Notes under the pieces: generated by a model | Told to the model about the DNA's origin: nothing | Databases searched by the model: none | Seen by the model: the letters and a program-made list of their open reading frames with translations, nothing else | Position numbers and translations under genes: made by a program | In this document: piece after piece, positions 54,685 to 62,849 of the stretch | How the letters are laid out: each line of letters begins with the position of its first letter | How positions within the stretch are numbered: position 1 is the stretch's first letter | NCBI GenBank assembly: GCA_041179705.1 | Contig: JBEGSW010000056.1 | Span: 1,796-65,795, forward strand | Length of the DNA stretch: 64,000 bases | Direction of reading: 5' to 3' | DNA from: Bacillota bacterium | GTDB taxonomy: Bacteria; Bacillota; Bacilli; Paenibacillales; JBEGSW01

Positions 54685-55965
54685 TTAAATCAAGTATCGG
54701 AAATAAATATAGATACTACTTAGGATTATCGAAATGATCATAATTGGAAATCCATACTTCATAAATGTTAGGAATTTAATTGGTTGACCTTCCTTGGCCG
54801 CTAATCCAGCAACGATTAAATTGGCACTTGCTCCAATTAAAGTGCCATTCCCTCCCAAACAAGCACCAAGCGCAAGACTCCACCATAATGGCTCTAAATT
54901 CGAGATACCCATATTGCCCATTTCTTGGATTAATGGAATCATCGTTGCAACAAATGGGATATTGTCAACAAAAGCCGAAGCAATTGCACTCAACCACAAA
55001 ATCAACATTGAAGTAGCAACTAAATTGCCTCCTGTCAACGCTATTGCTTGCGTTGCTAGTTGCGAAATGACTCCGGTTTCAATGAGACCAGAAACAAGCA
55101 CAAACAAACCGACGAAGAAAAATATCGTTGTCCACTCCACTTTTGTAAGTGCTTTTTCCATCGCATGCTCACCTGTTAGAAGTAGCAACAGGAACGCACC
55201 AGCTAACGCAACAGTCGCAGACTCCAAGTGGAACAATTGATGTAAAAAGAAACCAAATATCGTTAAAGTCAGAACTGCTAGGCTTTTTTTCAATAACAAT
55301 TTATCTTTAATTACACCATTTAAATCCATTTTCATAATGCTTTGTTTCGCAACTTCAGTTGTTTGAATTTGCTTTTTAAATAGAAACACAAAAATTGGAA
55401 CCGTTACAATCATAATCACAACGACGATCGGGGCTAGATTATTGATAAATGCCATAAACGTTAATTCTTTTACAGCACTACCAATCATGATGTTAGGGGG
55501 ATCACCGATTAACGTTGCTGTGCCCCCAATATTTGAAGCCATAATTTGCGAAATCAGATAAGGCAATGGATTTACACCAAGTTGTCGAGTAATACTAAAA
55601 GTCACTGGAACCATTAAAAGTACAGTCGTTACATTGTCTAAAAACGCCGAAGCAAATGCTGTGATGACAGCTAATGCGATTAGAATACGGACAGGATCTC
55701 CTTTTGCTTTTTGAGCAGAAACTAATGCCAAATATTTGAATAAACCTGTTTCTGCGGTGATACTTACGATTATCATCATGCCGATAAGAAGTCCCAATGT
55801 GTTGAAATCAATATGGTGAAGTGCTGTCTCCTGGTCAACAATTCCAAAAACGACCATTAATACTCCGCCAATCATCGCCACAATTGTACGATGAATTTTT
55901 TCAGCAATAATCATCCCGTATGTAAGTAAGAAAAAGCCAATTGCCAAAATTGCTTGTTGTTCCAT
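54685..55965 (-). CDS. ArsB/NhaD-superfamily permease (YbiR-like anion transporter)
   Basis: About 12 TM segments, GDPPNIMIG and GGNGTLIGASANL motifs. ATG at 55965 after AAAGGAG (the ORF-track start at 56025 is trimmed). Confidence 0.8.
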   Translation of the reverse strand: MEQQAILAIGFFLLTYGMIIAEKIHRTIVAMIGGVLMVVFGIVDQETALHHIDFNTLGLLIGMMIIVSITAETGLFKYLALVSAQKAKGDPVRILIALAVITAFASAFLDNVTTVLLMVPVTFSITRQLGVNPLPYLISQIMASNIGGTATLIGDPPNIMIGSAVKELTFMAFINNLAPIVVVIMIVTVPIFVFLFKKQIQTTEVAKQSIMKMDLNGVIKDKLLLKKSLAVLTLTIFGFFLHQLFHLESATVALAGAFLLLLLTGEHAMEKALTKVEWTTIFFFVGLFVLVSGLIETGVISQLATQAIALTGGNLVATSMLILWLSAIASAFVDNIPFVATMIPLIQEMGNMGISNLEPLWWSLALGACLGGNGTLIGASANLIVAGLAAKEGQPIKFLTFMKYGFPIMIISIILSSIYIYFRYLI

Positions 55966-56074
55966 CTTATTCTCCTTTTCATCGTAAAAACACATAGAGG
56001 AGCCTTGAATGACAGGCTCCTCCATGCGTTCCCGATATGATTTGTCTTGAATTTACACGTTGTAAATGTGATTG

Positions 56075-56614
56075 TCAAGTTACCTTTTCGGGGCCTAATT
56101 CAGATGTTAATAATTCTAAATATCTACCTGTTTCATAATAAAGCTCTTCATCTGTTAATGTTCTAACACCTGAAACCACAAAGGGTGTTTGATAGTTCAT
56201 CTTCGTCAAATTCGCCATAGCTTGGAAGGGCAATAGTAAGTCATTTATGGGATATTTATTATAACCCTCTGGTGAATAAGCATCTTTAGGTCCACCCGTT
56301 GAAACTGCGAGTATGAGTGGCTTATCTTTCAATGCATTGCCCCCATTGCCAAACGCCCATCCATGAGTCATTACCGCATCAATCCATTTCTTTAATAACG
56401 AAGGCGCACTATACCAATAAAACGGAAATTGTAGGACAATTCGATCTGCTTGTTCAAGCCAATGTTGTTCTTCAAAAATATCGATTTTTTCATCTGGATA
56501 TTTGTCGTATAAATTATACGTCTGAATATTATTATGCTTTATTGCATTAATGAAATGTCGATTTATTCTAGACTGAGATAAGTGTGGATGTGCAACAATG
56601 ACGAGCGTATTCAT
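56075..56614 (-). CDS. Flavodoxin-like NAD(P)H oxidoreductase (YwrO / KefG-like)
   Basis: LVIVAHPHLSQSRIN, RIVLQFPFYWYSAPSLLKKWID and GWAFG are collinear with remembered YwrO. Confidence 0.8.
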   Translation of the reverse strand: MNTLVIVAHPHLSQSRINRHFINAIKHNNIQTYNLYDKYPDEKIDIFEEQHWLEQADRIVLQFPFYWYSAPSLLKKWIDAVMTHGWAFGNGGNALKDKPLILAVSTGGPKDAYSPEGYNKYPINDLLLPFQAMANLTKMNYQTPFVVSGVRTLTDEELYYETGRYLELLTSELGPEKVT

Positions 56615-56666
56615 GATCAACCTCTCCATTCCTTAAATAAATATAAAGCCCAACTTAAAGAAGCTA

Positions 56667-56717
56667 TATTCATGTTAATATGCATCTCAAGTACAATAAA
56701 TGACATTAACATGAATT
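56667..56717. repeat. 12-bp perfect inverted repeat upstream of the ywrO-like gene
   Basis: ATTCATGTTAAT (56669-56680) and ATTAACATGAAT (56705-56716) are exact reverse complements separated by 24 nt. Confidence 0.7.
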
Positions 56718-56728
56718 TCATCGTATAA

Positions 56729-56777
56729 GAAAAAACGCTTGAATGAAAGAGCATCTAAACTCGTTCATTCAAGCGTT
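56729..56777 (-). terminator. Rho-independent terminator closing the cryptochrome/photolyase operon
   Basis: Minus strand: AACGCTTGAATGAA, 16-nt loop, TTCATTCAAGCGTT, then TTTTTT. Perfect 14-bp stem. Confidence 0.85.
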
Positions 56778-56792
56778 CTTATTGTTCAAAAA

Positions 56793-56870
56793 TTATTTAC
56801 CGCTTTTAGCATGAGAACCATCACATTGACCTTGCGCATTTTGAGTTTTACCACAAGCACATTGACCCAT
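56793..56870 (-). CDS. 25-aa CDGSH-like Cys/His micro-protein
   Basis: Not in the ORF track. MGQCACGKTQNAQGQCDGSHAKSGK, with GAGGGGG 8 nt upstream of the ATG at 56870. It lies 30 nt after the photolyase-family stop and 15 nt before the terminator. It contains C-x-C-G-x-T...C-D-G-S-H, close to the CDGSH 2Fe-2S signature. Confidence 0.45.
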   Translation of the reverse strand: MGQCACGKTQNAQGQCDGSHAKSGK

Positions 56871-56900
56871 TTGGAGAACCCCCTCGCTTGATAAAAATAA

Positions 56901-58424
56901 CTAACTATCTTTATTATACTGCAAGGATTGTTCCAGGGGAAGTCCTTTTATTCCATCCAGTTCAAATTCCATCTGAACAACACTCGCTTTCTTTCGGCTA
57001 CCATGTCGAGCGAGCAGTTTTTTGGAAATTGTCCGTGTCTCACTGTTTTTCTTTATCCCCCATAAAATATCCCTTGCAACACGATTTGCTTGCTCAACAT
57101 CAATGATTGGCTGAATATAAGTAGAAGGTCCATCCCATTCTGGAATGTATTTCCGTATAAATCGCTCGTCAGGGTCATGATCCTCTGCTTGTTTATAGGG
57201 ATTATAGATACGAATCGTGTTAAATCCTGTCACACCTGCTTGCATTTGGACTTGACTATAATGAATGCCTGGTTCGTAATCAATAAACAAGCGTGCTAAA
57301 TGTTCAGCCGGTTTTCGCCAATCTAAGAGTAATGTATTACAAACGAATGAAACGAGAATCGCCCGCATTCGAAAATTGACCCATCCCGTTTGATGAAGAG
57401 CTCGCATCCCTGCATCGATTAATGGAACTCCTGTTGTTCCACTCGCCCATTTTTGAAACCACTCTTCATTCCAATCAACTCTCACTTTGTCAAAAGCAGG
57501 ATTTAAAGTTCGAATAGCAATATCTGGTTGATCCTCAATTCGCTGAATGAAATGACAATGCCAATGACAACGTGATAAATAGGCCAACATTGATTTTTGC
57601 GCCCAACGTTCTACGCCATTATCGAGTACACTTTCACTTTGCTGGACGACGTATCTTAATGAAATGTTTCCCCAGGCTAAATAAGGGGACAGTCTACTAC
57701 AATTTTTTTCAGCTAGAAATGGCGATGATATACTCTTTAAATAGTCAGCGTATGTGCCTGACAAGAATTTTTTTAATTGACGATGTGCCTCGCGCTCACC
57801 ACCCTTTTGCCCTAAATTTGCATCGACCCAATCCCCATTTATGTCCAAATTAGCAAATGATTGCATCGATGTGCTTAAGCGTGTTGGAATTTTATCGCCC
57901 ATCACGAATCTTTCTGGCGGTTGAAGGACATCCGCTTCAATATATCTTCGCCAGAGGTGGTTAAATTGTTGTCTGGATCGAAGGCGACGTGTGACACCGA
58001 AATGTTGATATTCTACAAAAGATAGACCTCGCAGCCTCATCCATCGATGGACTTTCTTATCCCTTTCAAATGTCCAAGGTGTTCCATATTCTTCATGGGC
58101 AAGAAGTCGGAACGGACCATATTGTTGAAAAATACTTTCCAAAACTGGTTCCATCTCACTAACTGCATATAGAATAAATCCACCACGTTTGCGAACATCA
58201 TGTTCTAACGAACGAAGACTTTCAACAACAAATGCCAAATGTCTTTTAGACATGTCTTTCGCTTGCCAAATTGAAGGCTCCAGAATATAAATAATTAGTG
58301 TAGGACCAGTTCGCGTCGCCTCAACGATAGGGGCATGATCATAAATGCGAATGTCTCTTTTTAACCAAACGACCTGTAACAATGATTCACCCCCAGTGCT
58401 TGACGTATTCTCCTTTGGGATCAT
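56901..58424 (-). CDS. Cryptochrome/photolyase-family flavoprotein, divergent subfamily
   Basis: N-terminal VVWLKRDIRIYDHAP (photolyase alpha/beta domain). FAD-binding domain TGVPLIDAGMRALHQTGWVNFRMRAILVSF...LFIDYEPGIHYSQVQMQAG, where the canonical DGD..NNGGWQW segment is replaced. An alternative TTG start at 58382 follows GGGGGTGA. Confidence 0.8.
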   Translation of the reverse strand: MIPKENTSSTGGESLLQVVWLKRDIRIYDHAPIVEATRTGPTLIIYILEPSIWQAKDMSKRHLAFVVESLRSLEHDVRKRGGFILYAVSEMEPVLESIFQQYGPFRLLAHEEYGTPWTFERDKKVHRWMRLRGLSFVEYQHFGVTRRLRSRQQFNHLWRRYIEADVLQPPERFVMGDKIPTRLSTSMQSFANLDINGDWVDANLGQKGGEREAHRQLKKFLSGTYADYLKSISSPFLAEKNCSRLSPYLAWGNISLRYVVQQSESVLDNGVERWAQKSMLAYLSRCHWHCHFIQRIEDQPDIAIRTLNPAFDKVRVDWNEEWFQKWASGTTGVPLIDAGMRALHQTGWVNFRMRAILVSFVCNTLLLDWRKPAEHLARLFIDYEPGIHYSQVQMQAGVTGFNTIRIYNPYKQAEDHDPDERFIRKYIPEWDGPSTYIQPIIDVEQANRVARDILWGIKKNSETRTISKKLLARHGSRKKASVVQMEFELDGIKGLPLEQSLQYNKDS

Positions 58425-59709
58425 ATTGCTTCGCCTGTTTTGTTACATCAAACCATCGATCCTGCCGAGCATCGTTCCCGATTCCAGCTAAATACTGCCA
58501 ATTGCCGTAATTGCTCGCAGGATCGTAGTCAATTAGCTGTGATTCATAATATTCCGCACCCAGTAACCAATCGATTTTCCAAGTCTGTGTCAAAAAGCTC
58601 GCGGCATTTTGTCTGGCGCGATTCGTTGTAAAACCTGTCTCAATTAGTTCATGCATGGAAGCATCGACAAGTGGTGCGTTTGTTCTTCCCTCTAACCATC
58701 TATGCATCTGCTCTTCGTTCTCTTTCCAATCCTTCTTCCGCTGTTGGATGCCCTGTTGGAAAAATAATCGATCGCCATATTTGAAATGCATCAAAATAAA
58801 AAATTCACGCCAAAGCAATTCGAAAAACAACCAATACGTCGAGTCATTTCTTAACCGTTCAATTTCGTAATGTTTGATTTGTGTGTAGACTTGTCGAGGA
58901 GATAGACAACCTTGTGCCAACCATGGCGATAATCTCGAAGAATCATTTGGTCTTAGCATGCCATTCCGTGTTTCTTTATAAGTAGCAATTGCATCTGTTC
59001 CAAATAAATAGTCCTCTAATCGCGCTTGCCCAGTAGTCGAACCCCCAATAAAGTCATACGTCCTTTTCTTAGAAAGGATCGGCTTGTTGAGTTTCAACAT
59101 TTCCCAACTAGGAAATTGAACCCACTCGTCTTTTGGACAGGCATGCCATACCTCTTTTTGATTCGGGCTAAGGACTTTTGGTATTGAAAGCGATTGACAT
59201 ACAATGAATTGCTTCTCAACTTTTTGGCGGAAAGTTGTAAATAAATCAGGAATCGAATCGATTGGATTAAACCATTCAAGTTTATATAGTCCCTTTGTCC
59301 AGTAAGAGTGCCACTTCAAATCGGGGAACTTCTCTTTCGCTAGAGCAATGACTGTTTGCTCTTCAGATCCCAATTCAATCGAATAGTGAATATTTGTTGG
59401 GAACAAGCCAATTGGCATCAAAGAAGAAATTAAATTTGAGATAACATCATCAGTTGTTCCAAATCGGACAAAAAGTGGAATGTTTAATGCTGCTAATTGA
59501 TTTTCTAAATCTTTAACGCTCTCCATAATAAATTGAGCACGCGGTGCACCTGTCTTCGGAAATCCATAATGATTTGTTGTTGTGTATTGATACTTTTCAA
59601 ACACATACAATGCAACAACAGGCATACCACTTAGGCATGCCCTTGTTAACGGTTCATGATCTTCGATTCTCAAATCATTACGAAAAAGCACAATTGAGCA
59701 AGCTTTCAT
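58387..59709 (-). CDS. Cryptochrome DASH
   Basis: VLFRNDLRIEDHEPL, FPKTGAPRAQFIMESVKDLENQL, STYWLFFELLWREFF and IDYDPASNYGNWQYLAGIGNDARQDRWF are Cry-DASH hallmarks. The ATG at 59709 forms an ATGA overlap with the upstream stop. Confidence 0.85.
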   Translation of the reverse strand: MKACSIVLFRNDLRIEDHEPLTRACLSGMPVVALYVFEKYQYTTTNHYGFPKTGAPRAQFIMESVKDLENQLAALNIPLFVRFGTTDDVISNLISSLMPIGLFPTNIHYSIELGSEEQTVIALAKEKFPDLKWHSYWTKGLYKLEWFNPIDSIPDLFTTFRQKVEKQFIVCQSLSIPKVLSPNQKEVWHACPKDEWVQFPSWEMLKLNKPILSKKRTYDFIGGSTTGQARLEDYLFGTDAIATYKETRNGMLRPNDSSRLSPWLAQGCLSPRQVYTQIKHYEIERLRNDSTYWLFFELLWREFFILMHFKYGDRLFFQQGIQQRKKDWKENEEQMHRWLEGRTNAPLVDASMHELIETGFTTNRARQNAASFLTQTWKIDWLLGAEYYESQLIDYDPASNYGNWQYLAGIGNDARQDRWFDVTKQAKQYDPKGEYVKHWG

Positions 59710-59945
59710 TTGTACTTGCCCCAGAACTTTATAAGCACACGAACAAGCCATGGTAACGGCCAACCAGCTGTGTCGGCTTGCTTTGCAAATTGGATAAATG
59801 CCGTCCCTACACGACGTTGTTTTTTTATTTCTTCCTCATTTCCACGAATCGTAATCCGATATCCATCTTCCAAGCCTTCCATCTTTAGTTCAAATGGCTC
59901 CAGTTTTTCTTCAAATGTGCGTTCCACCTTAACTTCCTCTTTCAT
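59706..59945 (-). CDS. Orphan 79-aa protein, translationally coupled on both sides
   Basis: MKEEVKVERTFEEKLEPFELKMEGLEDGYRITIRGNEEEIKKQRRVGTAFIQFAKQADTAGWPLPWLVRVLIKFWGKYK. AAAGGTGGA lies 8 nt upstream. There are ATGA overlaps at 59942-59945 and 59706-59709. Confidence 0.55.
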   Translation of the reverse strand: MKEEVKVERTFEEKLEPFELKMEGLEDGYRITIRGNEEEIKKQRRVGTAFIQFAKQADTAGWPLPWLVRVLIKFWGKYK

Positions 59946-61594
59946 GATTCGTGTCCACCTTTCATCCATTTATTTAGAATCGAATTAATTCTTACATGTA
60001 AATAACCAACATAAATACTTGGGATCCACAAGACGTATTCAGTCAACTCACCTACGTATACGAAGTATGCCAAGGCCCCAAATGACACAAGTCCAAAGAC
60101 TTGTTGTTGCTTCATATATTTAATGCGATAAAGTATCTTTTCTTTTCTTAGTCTTTCCGTTTCCCTGTTGGCTTTGTTTGTGAGATACAATTGCACTTGA
60201 TTTGGAAGGTCAATCCAGGATCGGACTGATTGAATGGCAGACACTGGCATCCATCCACTCAATTTCTTTAGCCATTGTCCAATCTGATCCACCTGTATTT
60301 CATCTGTTATTTTTAGGTCTGGTAAAATCTTTTTCCCTAAATCTAAATAATCAATATCTGGATTTAAATGTGCAACAATCCCGACCAACATCCCCATTGC
60401 CCGTCCAAAAAAAGCAAATTCGGCAGGCATTTGAATGGGTTGTTGATTCACGAAATAGCGAAACTGTGCCAGCGTTGTCTGGACCATTTGTTCATTCCAA
60501 TCATCGGTGCGATGTTCCAAGAAGAAATCCAACAATTCATCAAGCGCCTGTTGTAACTGTGGAATATCAGCGCCTTCTCGTATGAAGCCCAACTCTTGAA
60601 GCGCTGTTGTCATGCCAGACTGATTGCGAATAATGATCGATTGAATGAATCGAATCATCGCATCTCTTACTTCGTTTCGAATTTGCCCAATCATGCCGAA
60701 ATCAAGAAAGACAATTGTCCCATCTGCCTGAATTTGAATATTTCCAGCATGGGGATCAGCATGAAACCGTTCGCCATTTCGGATTTGCCAGATGAAACTT
60801 CGAACGAGGCGATTAATGACGTCAGCATCATCAATCTGATTTTTTTTGCGAAAGCCATCATCTGTAATCGGAGCAGCATCGATCCACTGCATAATCAAAA
60901 CCTTATTTGTGGAGATTTCCGAGTAGTATATAGGAACTTTAATATTGAACAAAGATTCGAGCGGATGAAATGCTTTTGCATAGACCATCTCTTGCCGAAA
61001 ATCGAGTTCTTGGGTAATCGTCTTCTCAACTTCTCGATATAACCTTTTCCAATCGATCCAATTTGATGTGCGTTTGTACCAGCGTGCAAGTGTTATTACT
61101 ATCCGAATGGCTCGTAAATCTGCTCGAATTAGTTTAGGAATTGTAGGGCGTTGCACTTTGACTGCAACTTCTTGTCCATCCGCTAACTGCCCTTTGTAAA
61201 CGACCGCAATCGAAGCAGACGCAATCGCTTCAGGATGAACTTGAATCGCATCCTTAACCGCTGAACCAAGTTCCTTTCGGATGATTTGTTCTGCCTTCTT
61301 CCAAGGAATTGGTTTCGCCTGGTCTGTTAAACTTTCCAACGGTTTAGTGAAGATTTCCGGTAGAATGTCGACACGTGTGCTTAAAAATTGACCGACTTTA
61401 ATCGTCATACCTTGCAAGCGTGAAGCCATACGTTTAAATCGGATGGCTTGCGCTTCGACCAATTTCTCCCAAGCTTCTTTCTCTTGCTCATTCGTCGGAA
61501 ATCTGCGAGCGGATTGAAAATACCAAATTTCGATAAAAGCACGAATCGAATAGCTAACGATATACAGTGTTCTAATCCAAGAAATCCCCCACAT
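59942..61594 (-). CDS. ABC1/UbiB (AarF) atypical kinase-family protein with C-terminal TM segments
   Basis: KVGQFLSTRVDILPEIF, VAVKVQRP and FHADPHAGN are ABC1-family motifs. ATG at 61594 lies 17 nt after the upstream stop with AGGTGGTGA as RBS (the ORF-track start at 61705 overlaps the upstream gene). Confidence 0.85.
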   Translation of the reverse strand: MWGISWIRTLYIVSYSIRAFIEIWYFQSARRFPTNEQEKEAWEKLVEAQAIRFKRMASRLQGMTIKVGQFLSTRVDILPEIFTKPLESLTDQAKPIPWKKAEQIIRKELGSAVKDAIQVHPEAIASASIAVVYKGQLADGQEVAVKVQRPTIPKLIRADLRAIRIVITLARWYKRTSNWIDWKRLYREVEKTITQELDFRQEMVYAKAFHPLESLFNIKVPIYYSEISTNKVLIMQWIDAAPITDDGFRKKNQIDDADVINRLVRSFIWQIRNGERFHADPHAGNIQIQADGTIVFLDFGMIGQIRNEVRDAMIRFIQSIIIRNQSGMTTALQELGFIREGADIPQLQQALDELLDFFLEHRTDDWNEQMVQTTLAQFRYFVNQQPIQMPAEFAFFGRAMGMLVGIVAHLNPDIDYLDLGKKILPDLKITDEIQVDQIGQWLKKLSGWMPVSAIQSVRSWIDLPNQVQLYLTNKANRETERLRKEKILYRIKYMKQQQVFGLVSFGALAYFVYVGELTEYVLWIPSIYVGYLHVRINSILNKWMKGGHES

Positions 61595-61611
61595 TGTGGA
61601 GTTCACCACCT

Positions 61612-61869
61612 CTAATTCTTTTGAGTAGGACAACGAAATCTCGTTATTTTCGGATTGCGTGTAATCGCGTGCTTCGTTTTCCTTCCCGTCATTCGCTTTC
61701 TCCACATCTTGAACGATGAACTTTTCATCTCTTGTCGCATTACTTTAATTATTTCTCCATGTGTTAAGCCAAACTGAAGTGATATTTCATCGAATGGGGT
61801 CCTGTCTTCCCATCCCATTTGAACGATACGGTCAAGCTGTGCTTGCGATAAATGATTCCAATTTTTCAA
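61612..61869 (-). CDS. DUF2805 / TIGR03643-like small protein
   Basis: LSQAQLDRIVQMGWEDRTPFDEISLQFGLTHGEIIKVMRQEMKSSSFKMWRKRMTGRKTKH matches my memory of the WEDRTPF...WRKR family. The start is uncertain: TTG at 61869 after GGGGTGG, or the ORF-track TTG at 61899. Confidence 0.6.
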   Translation of the reverse strand: MKNWNHLSQAQLDRIVQMGWEDRTPFDEISLQFGLTHGEIIKVMRQEMKSSSFKMWRKRMTGRKTKHAITRNPKITRFRCPTQKN

Positions 61870-61931
61870 ATTAACCACCCCAAACAAATTCTTAGCCAAA
61901 TTATTAAAATATTTTTATCTTAATAAATCCA

Positions 61932-61967
61932 ATTATACAATGTTTGTATAATATTTGTACAATGTTT
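61932..61967. promoter_or_regulatory. Dyad plus direct-repeat element in the divergent promoter region
   Basis: 9-bp-arm palindrome ATTATACAA-TGT-TTGTATAAT (61932-61952). Direct repeat TACAATGTTT at 61936-61945 and 61958-61967 (22-bp register). Minus-strand -10 TATAAT (61937-61932) with TTGTAC (61962-61957) 19 nt upstream. Plus-strand TATAAT at 61947-61952 and TGCTATAAT at 61982-61990. Confidence 0.5.
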
Positions 61968-62023
61968 CTCACATTATTATTTGCTATAATACTTTTATAA
62001 ACGGTAATTGAAGGAGGATGGGT

Positions 62024-62656
62024 ATGAAGAGACTTCTATCTATCATTTTCACAGTCGCCATTTTAAGCTCATCCTTATTTATATACACAAATGATGCGCA
62101 AGCTATGGCTGGTAGAAAATTCCCTGTGAAGGTAATGAAATGCGTAGACGGGGACACTGCCTTTTTCACTAAAGTGGGGATTACAAGATTCTTATATATT
62201 GATACGCCGGAATCAACTAATGAAATTGAACCTTATGGAGTAGAAGCAGCTGCGTATACGTGCAGTCTTCTTTCCAATGCAAAGCGGATTGAATTACAAT
62301 TCGATGGCCCATTGAAAGACAAGTATGATCGCACACTTGCCTGGGTGTGGGTCGACGGTGTGCTGTTGCAGAGAAATTTAATTACCATGGGTTATGTAGA
62401 GAAGTTTTATGACTTTGGAGATTATTCCTATGAAAAAGAATTAATGAAGCTCCAGATGCAAGCACAACAAAAAAAAGTCGGCATTTGGTCATCCTTTACG
62501 GCTCCTACACCAGCGCCAAGTTTGAAGTCATCGCCATTGAAATTCAAGAACTGTTCGGAACTTCGTAGAGTTTATCCTCGTGGTGTTCCAAGTGATCATC
62601 CGTCATATGAGAAGTACTTAGACCGTGATCAAGATAATTTTGCGTGCGAGCGTTAA
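62024..62656 (+). CDS. Secreted thermonuclease (SNase family) with C-terminal Excalibur domain
   Basis: Signal peptide ending NDAQA, SNase core (RFLYIDTPE, DKYDRTLAWVW), and C-terminal FKNCSELRRVYPRGV...DRDQDNFACE (Excalibur). ATG at 62024, 7 nt after AAGGAGG. Confidence 0.85.
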   Translation: MKRLLSIIFTVAILSSSLFIYTNDAQAMAGRKFPVKVMKCVDGDTAFFTKVGITRFLYIDTPESTNEIEPYGVEAAAYTCSLLSNAKRIELQFDGPLKDKYDRTLAWVWVDGVLLQRNLITMGYVEKFYDFGDYSYEKELMKLQMQAQQKKVGIWSSFTAPTPAPSLKSSPLKFKNCSELRRVYPRGVPSDHPSYEKYLDRDQDNFACER

Positions 62657-62661
62657 TTTAG

Positions 62662-62716
62662 TTGACTAACACAATATATAGATGTAAAATTCAAATCAGG
62701 AACTACATATTGTATT
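62662..62716 (+). promoter_or_regulatory. nrdI-nrdE promoter with two NrdR boxes
   Basis: TTGACT (62662-62667), 17-nt spacer, TAAAAT (62685-62690). NrdR-box-like ACACAATATATAGATGT (62669-62685) fills the spacer, and AACTACATATTGTATT (62701-62716) lies just downstream of the predicted TSS, about 32 bp apart. Confidence 0.7.
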
Positions 62717-62817
62717 CAGATGTGTAGCTAGAGCTTCAATTTACGTTGGAGATTCTGCTGATTTGGGAAGTGTGAAGCATGTTCAAACTTGTTCACTACA
62801 TCTAATTTCCCAAACAT

Positions 62818-62849
62818 CTTGTTGGATATCTACCATCAAGGTGTTTTTT
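62818..62849 (+). terminator. Terminator-like hairpin inside the nrdI leader (possible attenuator)
   Basis: CTTGTTGG (62818-62825), loop ATATCTA, CCATCAAG (62833-62840) with one mismatch, then GTG and TTTTTT (62844-62849). It lies about 120 nt downstream of the predicted TSS and about 60 nt upstream of nrdI. Confidence 0.4.

Noticed and set aside
61932-61990. Tested whether the promoter repeats fit the CarH-type tandem 11-bp repeat consensus (nAnnTnnACAn)
   Set aside because: ACA triplets occur at 11- and 22-nt spacings on the minus strand. However, the required A at repeat position 2 is missing in the copies I checked, so no specific regulator family can be assigned from sequence.
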